The translations under genes and the position numbers were made by a program. The notes under the pieces were generated by a model, which had not been told where the DNA came from, did no database searches, and worked only from the letters and a program-made list of their open reading frames with translations. A stretch of DNA of 64,000 nt, from positions 10,726,001-10,790,000 of the forward strand of contig JBHGNT010000008.1 of NCBI GenBank assembly GCA_043228905.1, written 5' to 3'. Positions 38,773 to 50,400 of the stretch are shown here, piece after piece. The DNA comes from Azolla caroliniana. Its lineage: Eukaryota; Plantae; Polypodiophyta. Numbering within the stretch: the stretch's first letter is position 1; every line of letters starts with the position of its first letter.

Positions 38773-41700
38773 ATGGAGACTAACAAGTCCTCATGGGACT
38801 GAGAAAAGTACTGCGTACTTTAATGCTCACACGAGCAGCTGACACTTACTACGAGATTATAACTGCCTAGTAGTCTAAACTAATACTAGGCATCCGGTTA
38901 CCGATTGGATCAGGCTAACCGGCTCAGTTGCTTGCCGGCTCAGTTGCTCACCAGCTTACCGATCCATCTCGCTCACCGGCTGAAGCTTATCTAGCCGATC
39001 CGGCTCCAGTTGAGCTTGCCGCTCAACACTCCCCCTCAAGCTCAACTTGAGGTTGGATCCTAGTGTCAGCCTCTGTGGCAGTCGGTTTTTCCAACCGACT
39101 TATACTGGCATCGCTCCACCTTGCTCGTGCTCCTCGTCCGGTCCGGTCGCGTTTGTCGCGACCCTTCTGGTTCTGCACGCCTCGACCTTCTCGGTCGGCA
39201 TGTCTGCTCAATAGGCCCCTCTCAGCTCCTTCACTGCTATGACTCTGGCACTTGCCGATCCGTCGGTTCCTCCGCGATGGCATCGACTTCCACTGCATCC
39301 GTGTTTTCTTGGCCTCTAGTTGATTTGGTTCATTCGGATCCGTCTGCTGTCTCCAATTCGTTCCAGCTCTTTTCCGAATCGGTCACTCCCGACTCGTTCC
39401 AGCTCTTGTCTGAGTCGATATCCTCCGACTTGTCTTTCGATTTAAGGCGCTTCACCACATCAGACCACGTTTGGGTCTTGGCCTTGCTTCCATCCTCGGC
39501 TTCTTCAGCCGCTTCACCGAAGTTGAATTCTTCATTCGACTCTGTATCTCGGTCACCGTGATGATTAACCCCGCATAGTATGCACTTTTTTCTTCCTGCG
39601 TGCACACTTCTTCTTTCCGGTTGGCTCGGTCCTCCTTGACCCTACCACCACTGCCGCTCGTTCCGACTTGTTTGGACGTGCCGACTTTCTTCGTCGACTC
39701 GACTTCTTTTTCCTCCTTGTCTCCCCCTTACCGGTGTCGGCAACAGTTTCTTTGCCTTTGCCCGTTCCGGCCGTGTCTTTGCCCCTTCTTCTCCCCCTCA
39801 AGTGCGGCACGTCGAGATGCTGAACACCAAGCATGTCAGTAAAGTGCTACAACTTGTCCGATCCGAGCGGCTTGGTGAAGATGTCGGCAACTTGCCAATC
39901 CGTGTGAAAATACCGTAGTTCAACTTCATCGCTTAGGACCCGCTCACGCACAAAGTGATAATGCACTTCTATGTGCTTCGTACGAGCATGGAACACAGGG
40001 TTCTTGGCGAGCTGCATGCTGTTGATGTTATCACAATAAATCAGGATCGGGATCGGTACCTCAATCCGCAAGTCTCGCAGCAGTCCTCAAAGCCAAATGG
40101 ATTCGCAGGTGGCAACGGTCGCGCCCTGGTAGTCAGCCTCAGTGCTTGACAGAGCCACTGTTGGCTGCTTTTTGCTGCTCCACGCAACAATTGTGCTCCC
40201 AAGGGAAAACATAAAATCGGAAGTGGATCTGCGATCCGACGCATCGTCGGCCCAGTCGGCATCCGTGTAATTGACTAGCTCTTCGGTCATACCTCGCCGG
40301 TATAACAGTCCCCGGTCCTTCGTGCCACTTACATATCGCAGTAACCGCTACGCACACTGAAGGTGCTCCACGGTCGGCTTCTGCATGAACTGACTTATCA
40401 TTCCGACCGGATAGCTGATGTCGGGTCGCGTGATAGTCAAGTAAATAAGGCTTTCGACAACTTGTCGGAACCGTTTCTCATTGCAAGCCAGTCCGGAGTT
40501 GGGATGAAGCTTCTGGTTCCGGTCCAAGGGTGTGGAGATAGGTTGGCATTCTGTCATGCCGAACTTGTACAACATATTCAAGACGTAATGTCGTTGTGAG
40601 AGAAATATGCCATCGGGGTTTCGGATCACCTTGATCCCCAGAAAATAATAAAGGTCCCCCAGGTCCTTCATCTCAAATGCGTCCGACAACTGGGACTTGA
40701 CGCGGTTGACTTCTGGAAGACCCGGTCCGGTGATGACTAAATCATCAACATGCAGTAGGATACATACCGGACCGGCTGAGCCTTGCCGGATGAACAACGA
40801 AGAGTCGGACTTGGAGGCCGCAAACCCCATCTTACGCAACCGGTGCGTGATCTTTGCATTCCAAGCTCGAGGGTCTTGCTTCAGGTCGTACAACGACTTC
40901 TTCAGCCGGCATACTGCCGACTTGTTCATCTCCGATTCAAAACCGGGGGGCTGAGTCATAAAGACTTCTTCTTCAAGATCACCCTGAAGAAATGCATTCT
41001 TCACATCCATCTGGTGAAGATGCCACCCCCTTGCTACAACAACCACCAGCACCACACAAACCGTCGTCATCTTCGCTACCAGAGTGAAGGTCTCGTCGTA
41101 GTCGATTCCGTGGGTCTGCGCGTATCCCTTCGCCACTAACCAAGCCTTGTACCGATTAACTAAACCGTCGGCGTTGTACTTTACCTTGTACACCGACTTG
41201 CATCCGATCGGTTTACAGTGACGGGGAGGGTCAACTAGGTCCCATGTCTTGTTGACATCAAGTGCCCACATTTCTTCCTCCATAGCGGCACGCCAATTTG
41301 CATCCTTTGCCGCTTCTGCGTAGCTCTCCGGCTCACGCACTTCCGCCACCTTAGTCATGTACGCATAGTGATGCGCCATGTACTCATTGTACCTGTACCG
41401 CTAGACAGGATCCTTCTGGCGGGTGGACTGGCATAACTCACCCATTACCCGGTTTGAGGCCCTTCTTGACCGGTTCGGTCTTCGTAACCGAAGATCCGCC
41501 TTTCTCCTTGCCGGAGTCGGATGCACACCGATCCGACTCATCGTTGCCGGTTTCGAATTCCGGCATCTTTTTCTTCCCTTTCTCTTTGCGCATGAACTGT
41601 CTCCTCGGTTCCTTGCGCGGGGAGAGCACCGTAGAGTCTCCACTGCTCGCCGGTTCCTCATCGGACTGGTTAGATTGACTTAATCTCTTGTTTGGCCCGC

Positions 41701-44108
41701 TCAACCGAAACAATTCTGGACTCTCATCATGAGTCCACGCTTCATCATCATCTACCTGGGTCAATTTAGGCTTAGTAGCCTCATCCTCCGGCATCAGGTC
41801 GGATTCGGAAGTTGGAGTTGGTGAGTACCACGATGCCGATTCATCGAACTCGACATCTCGACTAACTCGGACCTGCTTTGTCCGGGGGGTATAACACTTA
41901 TAACCCTTTTGCTCTTGAGCATAGCCGACTAGGATGCATTTTTCCGATTTTGCATCCAGCTTCCTCCGCTTCTCATCCGGTACATGCACATATGAAATGC
42001 TACCGAAGATCTTAAGGTGTCTCAAATTCGGCTTGCACCCGAAATACAGCTCGTGAGCTGACACCTTATCATCGATCCGGTTCTGGATGTAGACAACCGT
42101 TTAGACTGCCTCTACCCAGTAGAATTTGGGCATGCTCTTCTCCTCCAGCATTGCCCTTGCCGCATCAATAAGCGACCAGTTCTTCTTTTCGGCAACACCG
42201 TTCTGTTGCGGTGTGTATCTACAGCTGAACTCTCGTCGAATTCCCTTTTGTTGCAGATAACTGTTGAATTGACCGGAAAAGTATTCTTTTCCGCCATCCG
42301 ACCGCAGGCATTTGATCTTCCTCTCTGATTCCCATTCCACCATGGTTTGGAGACTCTGGAAACACTTGAAGACTTCACTCTTCCGCTCAATGAGGTAGAT
42401 ACATGTGTGCCGCGTATAGTCGTCGATGAAGGAGACGAAATATCGACTCCCGCCAAGACTAACATTCTGTGCCGGTGCCCACACATCCGAATGGATAAGG
42501 TCGAGCTTGTTACGGCTCCGGTTACGTTCAGTAGGGAATGGAAGCCGGTGTTGCTTCCCGAGTTGGTAGGCTTCACATACTTGGGCCTTCTGGCCGCTGA
42601 ACTTCGGCAAACCGAAAACAACTTCTTTCGTTTGCAGGTCTTGAAGCCTCCGGTAATTGATGTGGCCTATCCTCTGTGCCACAGGTCGATGTCCCATTTG
42701 ACCTTTTGTCCTTTTGCAAACAGAGCGGTGCTGACATCATTGGTGTCGAGGATAAACATCCTCCTGTCTCTGCGCCCTTGCGCAATAATCTGGCCCTCTT
42801 CCTCGATAAAGCACCTGAGGTGCGTAAACCGCACCTACATCCCTTGGTCGACGATCTGTCCGACTGACACTATGTTCTTCGTGATTGTCGGAACATGTAA
42901 TACGTTCATTAGCTTCCCCTTCTGTTCGATGTGGCTCAAAGGGACGACTTCTCCAACGTGCACGATTGGGTGAGGAGTGTCGTCTCCAGTTTCGACTACT
43001 CCTGGTTGATCCGGTTTCTCCAAAAAGGAGAACCACTCTTTGTGGCTCGTCATGTGGTTTGACGCACCAGAATCAAGATACCACACTTCCTCCGATTTGG
43101 AAATGGTCTTCTGCATCGAGTTCGCCTCGTGCTTCATCGCTAAGGCTGGTCCGTTACCGTTCTTGGATCCTTCCGATCCCTTCGCGTAGTGCGAGCTTTG
43201 CCGGCCATCCTTGCCAGCCTTGCCGCATCCGGATTTGTTCGAATCGGCACGTTTTCTCCAGCACTCGCTTTCTCTATGGCCCTTTTTGCCACAGTACCAG
43301 CATTCCGTTGCAGTCTCCTCTTGCCGTCTTCCAGTGCCGCCATGACTCCCCCTGCTCCCGGAGGTTCCAGAACTGTTGTCGGCACGTTCTCTGTGCCTTT
43401 GTTCCTAGTCTTGTCGACCGCCTCCATTGCATGCCGACCCGTCTCGTCCACCACGCCCACAGGACCGATCCGCTTTCGTGTACAGCATCCGGCTGTCAAT
43501 GGGTGCGCTGGTGACGCACCGGCATGGTTCTCCTCTACAAGGAGCATCGACTGAAGGTCGAAAAATGATGGCGTATTCTCCCTTGTACATACCGCCGTTC
43601 GGAACGCTCTGCGCTTAGACGCCAGGCCCCCAAGACAGACCTGTACCATCTTGTCTTCCTCTACGGTAACGTTGATAGAGGCAAGTGAGTCATAGATCTC
43701 TTTGCTCCGGGCATGTAATCCGCCACCGACATGTCCTTCTGTCAGAGATTGCTCAACTACTGTCGGAGTTGCAGCTTCCGGTTTGTAGTGCTTGCAGCGA
43801 AAAACTTCTTCACGTTTCCCCAAGCCTCCTTCGGCGTCTTGGCGTCTCGAATGTGGCTGAGCAACTGGTCTCCGACACTGGACGCAAAGCAGTACATCAC
43901 TCTACTTGCCGATTGTTCCCACAGTGGGAAATCCTTATGTGCCGCATCAGCTGCTGTTTCGTTGGCTCCTTCGACGAAACTCCAGTAGCCATGCCCAAGT
44001 AGGTACTGGTGCATCTTGTACGACCAAGATGCGCAGTTGGATCTGTCGAGTTTCTCCACAGGGAGCGAGCTAGCCATTCCTCTATCCATCACTTCTATGT
44101 CTGTTGTT

Positions 44109-44566
44109 TGTTAATCGGCTAATTACTAACTACTACCGATATAGAAGAGTGAACGTCGCTACTCAACGTTCTAACAAGGAATTGTGTTTTACAAACGGAA
44201 TTATACTATATTAATCGGTAATTACCATGATCGTTATTTAGTTATAAATTAGGAAGCTTGCACTTAAGATCATAGACAATAGAAGGAACACAGAATTCAT
44301 ACAAGATACTCCTAACTTAAACTTATATTACTAAATAGAACGACGTTTCTTACAATGCCTTCGGTTCCCTTTTATAGGTATACCGAAGGTCTTTTCTCAT
44401 CAAGAACTATTCCTACTTACTATCAAGATTTACAAAATTATCTAACTAACTTAGTTCTCTTCGTTTTACTGCTGAGTCATTGATCCGAACAGTCGATCCG
44501 AACCGACTCTGTTTTCGACGCTTTCCCACTTGTTCGGTAAAACTGACTGTCCGGGTCCGGGTAACA
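44109..44566 (-). repeat. 3' LTR of gypsy N
   Basis: Near-identical to 53032-53489. Confidence 0.97.
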
Positions 44567-44610
44567 CTTGGCACGTCCGTGGGCCAGGACCTTGTCCAGC
44601 GAACCCACGC

Positions 44611-45930
44611 CTATTCTTGTAGCTCTTCATTCGAATCGTTCAGAATATCAAAAATCGAAGGCTCATCTGGCCTTGGATGTATTCCACCTATATCTTCCTC
44701 TTCCTCTTCATCTGTGTCACAGTCGTCCTTCGGAGCAGGTTGTGATTCGGTTGGCTGCTCTGGTTCACTTCTTCCAGAAGCTTGAATACCAGGAGTCTTG
44801 CTGGTTCTTTCGGCTTCGATTTTATCCAACTGGACGGAAGTGCCTATATCATTTTTGTCGAATTCTTGCATAATACGTTGAATTTCTTCTCTGTAAAATG
44901 CCGCAATTTCGTCCATATCTTTCATGATATCCTCTTGGATATTGTCAATATCCTTTTGTGCCATTTTAAAAAAACCTGCACCTTGTACCTGACGGTTATT
45001 TTTGTCGGCACGTAATAACTGTAATTCCGCCGCTTGTGCTGTCCATAACTTCCATCCTTGCGCAAGGGATTCATCGATCATTTTCTTTGCTAGGTTTCGA
45101 TGTTTACCTATGATGTGCTGCACTTTGTCCCTAGTGATGCTTGCGACGTATTGGGCGGTCTGCAACTCTTTCTGTAAATCCGTAATAGTGGTTCGGTTCT
45201 CACTTTCAGCTCGCATTAGTTTGGATTCGACTACATATATATCCAGCCGTCTTTGTTCCGATATCTTCCGAATTTCGTCCAGTTGTTGTTCGAATGCCGA
45301 TTTCTCTTTACTCCATTCCTCCTGCTGTTCCGTCATTCTTCTGTTGACTTCTTCAAGACTCTGCTGTTTTTCTGTCAATTGACTTTCCTGTGACACTATA
45401 TACCTTTCGAATTCTTCAATTTGTTCGGTATATGTATGATTGGCCGTCTTAGCTTCTTCTAGATTTTTCTGTAATTCGTTTATTACTTGATTTTTTTCTT
45501 CGAGAGCTTTGTATTGACCATTCTGAATGGTTTCTATTTGTTTTTCTAATTCTGTAGTTCGAAATACCGCATTGTTGGCCCTTGTTGTTTCTGCTTGACG
45601 TGCTTTCTCAGCGTCCTCCAATTTCTGCTGCCATTCTGACTCCGACACCATAAGCCGTGCCTGTGTTTCCCATTTGTTTAGACTTTCCTTTAGTTCTTTA
45701 TTTTCTGCCTGTATGTTACGAAACTGATGTTTCAGCACCTCCGCCGATGCTGATACACTTTTGTATCTTTCAGCCATATCACTGGCTGCTTTGCGTGCCG
45801 TTTCATATTCTTTATGAATTTCGACCAGTGCTTCATGTAATGGTGGCATTTCAATAGCCTCCCCTCTATGCTGTGCACTTCTTTTCCGGCCTATTTTCTC
45901 TATCTCTGCTTTTTCTTGAGGTTCCAACAC
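44611..45930 (-). CDS. Gypsy N extra ORF, C-terminal half: long coiled coil and acidic tail; same frame as the N-terminal half
   Basis: 439 open codons, E/K/Q/L-rich; separated from 45934-47271 only by TAA-GGA; paralog at 36769-37981. Confidence 0.8.
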   Translation of the reverse strand: MLEPQEKAEIEKIGRKRSAQHRGEAIEMPPLHEALVEIHKEYETARKAASDMAERYKSVSASAEVLKHQFRNIQAENKELKESLNKWETQARLMVSESEWQQKLEDAEKARQAETTRANNAVFRTTELEKQIETIQNGQYKALEEKNQVINELQKNLEEAKTANHTYTEQIEEFERYIVSQESQLTEKQQSLEEVNRRMTEQQEEWSKEKSAFEQQLDEIRKISEQRRLDIYVVESKLMRAESENRTTITDLQKELQTAQYVASITRDKVQHIIGKHRNLAKKMIDESLAQGWKLWTAQAAELQLLRADKNNRQVQGAGFFKMAQKDIDNIQEDIMKDMDEIAAFYREEIQRIMQEFDKNDIGTSVQLDKIEAERTSKTPGIQASGRSEPEQPTESQPAPKDDCDTDEEEEEDIGGIHPRPDEPSIFDILNDSNEELQE

Positions 45931-45933
45931 TCC

Positions 45934-47271
45934 TTATAAGGCTTTCTGTATCATTATTCGGTCATTATGTTCTTGAGCCAGCCGTTCTGATACTTCTGTC
46001 AGTCTTTTAGCCAACCATTCAACCAGTTCGTATGAAGTTCCGAACTGTAAAATGGCAGCTAATTCATGTGCTGCTGGTGGGATATCCAAGTACCCATGTG
46101 CTTCCCGAATGGCTACTTTTGAAGATTGTCCTTGGTGAGGTTGTGTCGAAACGCTCTCATTCCCTGGTTTTAGTACTTCTGTTACCACAGGCGTATTCGA
46201 CTTTTCATTTGTGCGTTGCCTTTTCGGTGCTGATCCCTCACTGTTTTCTGGTTGGAATTGCCGATTAGCCTTTTGTTTAATCCTTGTTCTTTGTCTCATC
46301 TTCTCTGCTTGTTGTCGATTTTCTGTCGGCTGTTGCTTGTTTATCAAATTGTCAACTGTTTCTTGTTCTGCCGCTGGTTGCCTGTTTTCGGAATTCTCTG
46401 GTCTTGGTGGTTCCGACTGAGGCATATTTGTTTGTATATTATCGGCATGTGCCGATTCTTCTTCTATCCATTCTTCATGTACTACCTGTCGGTGTCTTCG
46501 TGGTGCTTGTACTATCGGTGGTCTTCTTGACTGAACAGGAGTTTCCGATTCTTGAATCGGAAACAATACTGATAACCAACGACCAAAAATTTGCTTCATC
46601 GGTTTTCCTGTTTTTACCCCTTGTAGCTGCTCTCTCAAAGCTTCCCCCGACAATAGTGGCCAGTTGAAATCCTCTTTTTCGTATGCGGCTATGATAAACC
46701 CAGCCCTTTTTTTCGGCATACAATAAAAACGAGGACTGACAAATCCCACCTCTAATAGAAATCTAGCCACTTCATGAAAAAACTCATCCCGACCTCCATA
46801 AGTCTGATATGCTTTTGCCGAGGGTGAGTATTCCCCAAAATACGATTGGAGTGCTTCTGATGAAGGTTTTTTAACTGCCTCAAAGCCTCCTCTTGGCATT
46901 TGTAATGCATTTCGTATTTTCTTTGTGGTGATTTTGGTGATGTCCATTTGTTGTACCAATTCTTCCGCCTGCGGATGAGGTTCCGCTTCTGCTACTTTGA
47001 TGAAACCTTGTAGGTTTCTCTCATGAAGCCACAATCGCAGTTCTTCAGATACAGGAATCGGCATGACTTCTGTGTTTCCTTGTTCTGAATCACTTGGCGA
47101 TGACAGTTGCAGATCTGCACAGTTTCTGTAGCGATGAAAATCAAAAAAGCAGAGTTTGGGCGAACTAGGGCACGAAGGAGGCTCAGACTGTTTCGATATC
47201 TGTACTCGTTTCTGTTGTTTTGACGACACAGACGATATAGAAATATGCTTTAAAGATATTAACTTATGCAT
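45934..47271 (-). CDS. Gypsy N extra ORF, N-terminal half (likely start MPIPV at 47064); resembles plant retroelement env-like / 'putative plant transposon protein' domain
   Basis: 445-codon open frame with a helical domain (ITTKKIRNALQMP..G, EDFNWPLLSGEAL) and a disordered linker. Domain label is from pattern recall. Confidence 0.7.
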   Translation of the reverse strand: MHKLISLKHISISSVSSKQQKRVQISKQSEPPSCPSSPKLCFFDFHRYRNCADLQLSSPSDSEQGNTEVMPIPVSEELRLWLHERNLQGFIKVAEAEPHPQAEELVQQMDITKITTKKIRNALQMPRGGFEAVKKPSSEALQSYFGEYSPSAKAYQTYGGRDEFFHEVARFLLEVGFVSPRFYCMPKKRAGFIIAAYEKEDFNWPLLSGEALREQLQGVKTGKPMKQIFGRWLSVLFPIQESETPVQSRRPPIVQAPRRHRQVVHEEWIEEESAHADNIQTNMPQSEPPRPENSENRQPAAEQETVDNLINKQQPTENRQQAEKMRQRTRIKQKANRQFQPENSEGSAPKRQRTNEKSNTPVVTEVLKPGNESVSTQPHQGQSSKVAIREAHGYLDIPPAAHELAAILQFGTSYELVEWLAKRLTEVSERLAQEHNDRIMIQKAL

Positions 47272-47452
47272 GATGACTTAAAGAATAGTAATTGCTATTA
47301 ATGTAGGAATTAATTAGTATTCACTCTACGTGTAGTGGTTGTACTTGTTACTAATAATCATGCAATTCCTCTTTCTATTTATAGTCGATTCATACTGTTA
47401 TGGCAAGATTGTATTTCTGCATTTGACAAGAACTATTGAGTGAGTTAGTTAG

Positions 47453-47472
47453 TTTTTTTTTTTTTTTTTTTT
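47453..47472 (-). repeat. Poly(A) tract (T20 on plus) beginning within the pol stop codon
   Basis: Directly visible. Confidence 0.95.
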
Positions 47473-50400
47473 ACTCTTCCGTTTGAATAAACGGATTTAC
47501 CGGCATATCTCCCAAATATGGTTTAAGCCGAAATCCATTTACCCATTTCGGTAAAACCTCTCCAGTTAATGATCCCAGTTGGTACGTACCATTTTTACTA
47601 TTAATTATCCATACTGGACCTGTCCATCTATACCGGAGTTTCCCAGGCATAAGTCCCATTCTCGTCTGGAATACCAATACCGGTTTCCCGATTTCGAATT
47701 GCTCTTCCGATTTCCTTCGATGTCGATTTACGAATGCCTTGATTTGTCTCTGCTTGTGTTCTAGTGCTGACATTGATTGAATCCGTTCCTCTTCTAATAC
47801 TAATAAAGCCTCTTTGCGTATCTGCTCTGATTCTATTTCATTTAACTTATTCGTTGCTTGGATCTGAAGTGTCGGAATTTGAAATTCGATCGGCATAACG
47901 GCTTCGAGTCCGAATGCCATTCGGAAAGGTGTTGATTTAATGGATGTTTTATACGAAGTACGATATGCCCATAATGCACTATTTAACTTTTGATCCCAAT
48001 CAGTACGATTTTCATTCACTATCTTCTTTAAAATTGTTTGAATTGTTTTATTTGTCGATTCTGCCAATCCATTGGCTTGGGGATAGTAAGGCGTACTTTT
48101 CTTATGAACTACGGCATAGTAATTGGTTAATTCGTTAATTAACTTGTTAATAAAATGAGTGCCTTGATCGCTTACCAATTCTATTGGGCAACCGAATCGA
48201 CACCATATATTCTCATACAGGAATTTTGCTGTGGATGCTGCTGTATTGTCCCTGAGAGCTTTTGCTTCAACCCATTTTGTGCAATAGTCAGTCGCAATTA
48301 TGATATATCGATTACCGGTTCTTGCAGCTGCTGGTTTGAATGGGCCAACAAAATCTAAGCCCCATTTCTGAAATGGCTCAAGAGGTAAAACCGGTTGAAA
48401 AGGCATTCGATCCTTTTCGGTTGGTTGCCCCATTCTTTGACACAAATCGCATTTCTTACAGTATTCGTTAGCATCTTTCATCACCGTTGGCCACCATAAC
48501 CCGCTATTCCATATTTTTCTGGCTGTTGCTTCTCCTGCGTAATGACCGCCAGCTATTCCACAATGTGACTCTGTTAATATGGCTGATTTTTCAAATTTTC
48601 GTACTGCCCTTCGCCATATTCCATCCGCTCCTTTATGATACAACATGTCATTAAATAAACAAAAATTCCGACTTCGTACTGCAATTCTTTTTCTTTCATC
48701 TGTCGACATGTGTTCGGCCGGAATTCCTGTTGATAGAAATATCGTCATTTCGGAAATCCATTCATCCTCTTTTTCCTCATTCACTTCATGTGCTTTTACT
48801 GCCTCAACCCGAAATAATTGAGTATCTGGAAAATCATCTTTAACCCCAACCGCTTCTTCTCCAGACTCAAGCCGACTGAGATAGTCAGCAATCGCGTGCT
48901 GTGCTCCTGGTCGATGTATAATGTCGAATTCAAACTCTTGAAGCAATAACGTCCATCGGGCTAACTTGCCTGTCAATTCTTGTTTGGAAACTAGATACAG
49001 TAAAGCCGAATGATCCACATGAAATGTAAATTTCTTACCCAAAAGGTAATGTCGAAATTTGTTCACACTATATATCATTCCTAAAGCTTCTCTTTCGGTT
49101 GTTGAATAGTTTCTTTTGGCCGACGAAAGTTTCCTACTGGCATAGTATACCGGCCTATACCAGTTTGGTTCGGATAATTGCATTAAAGCACTGCCTATGG
49201 CAATGTCCGACGCATCGACGAAAACATGAAATGGTTTGTTCCAGTCCGGTGGTTGAACTACCGGAACCTTCGTCAGCATCTTCTTGAGACATTCGTACGC
49301 ATCTTGTTCTATACTTGTCCATATAAAAGGAACTTTGTGTACTGCTGTGTGTAACGGAATAGCAATGTCTGCTAGATATCTCATCATTCTACTGTGCCAC
49401 CGAATTTGACCCAAAAACCTACTTAAAGCTTTAGCATTTGTTGGTGGTGTTGCCTCAATAATTGCTTTAACTTTGTCTGGGTCCACTGCAATCCCTTCTT
49501 GACTGACAATATGCCCAAGTAATGTACCACTCATTACTCCGAATGCGCATTTGGCTGGATTTAAACTAAGACGCCCTTTTCGACATTTTTCTAAACATAG
49601 CCGTAAATGCTCAAAATGATCAGCTTTCCGACTATATACTGCAAAATCATCTAAAAACACCTGCATGAAAGCTGGAATATATTCCCCGAATATTTCCTGT
49701 ATTACCCGCTGAAATGTAGCTGGAGCTGTTTTTAAACCGAACATCATGACTTCTGCCACAAAGACACCCCATTTTGTGACGAAAGCTGTCTTTTCCTGAT
49801 CTTCGGGATTCATCCGTACTTGGTTGTACCCACTGAACCCATCCAAGAAACTATAAATTTCATGTCCCGCTACTGCATCTAATATCCCATCTGTGAATGG
49901 CAACGGAAACGCATCCGTAATTGTCGCTGCATTCAATTTTCTGTAATCCACACATACGCGAATTTTCCTATTCTTTTTCGGGACTACTACTATCGGACTC
50001 AGCCATGTTGATTTTTTGACGGGTCGAATAAATCCTACTTTTAAGAGTTTATCGATTTCTTCTTTTACTTTGATAGCATAATTCGGATTCAACCTGTACC
50101 TGCGTTGTTGTACTGGCTTTGCATCTTTATGCAAATTGATTTGATGTTGACAAAAAGCGGGATCCAGTCCTTTCATATCGTCAAACGACCATGCAAAAAC
50201 ATCTTTATATCGTAATAGTAATGTTGTTAATGTTCGTTTGTCATTTATCGTCAAATCTCTAGCAATCAAGACTGTTTTTCTTTCAGCATCCTCTACTCCT
50301 GCCAAATCGATCTCCTCCAATGCTGAGGCTTGCACTCTCTGAGATACCTTCATTTCCTTATCTGTAGCTTCTTGTTGCATTCGTATTTCTTTCATTGTTT

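Noticed and set aside
44567-44610. Possible tRNA gene
   Set aside because: Only a T-arm and acceptor 3' half-like segment; no D arm, anticodon arm or A box. Reported as a mimic, not a gene.
45931-45936. Programmed stop-codon readthrough as in SIRE1
   Set aside because: Context TAA-GGA-GTG lacks the CARYYA signal; a C>T mutation is simpler. Not fully excluded.
44611-47271. Calling the extra ORF a true envelope glycoprotein
   Set aside because: No signal peptide or clear transmembrane helix is visible.
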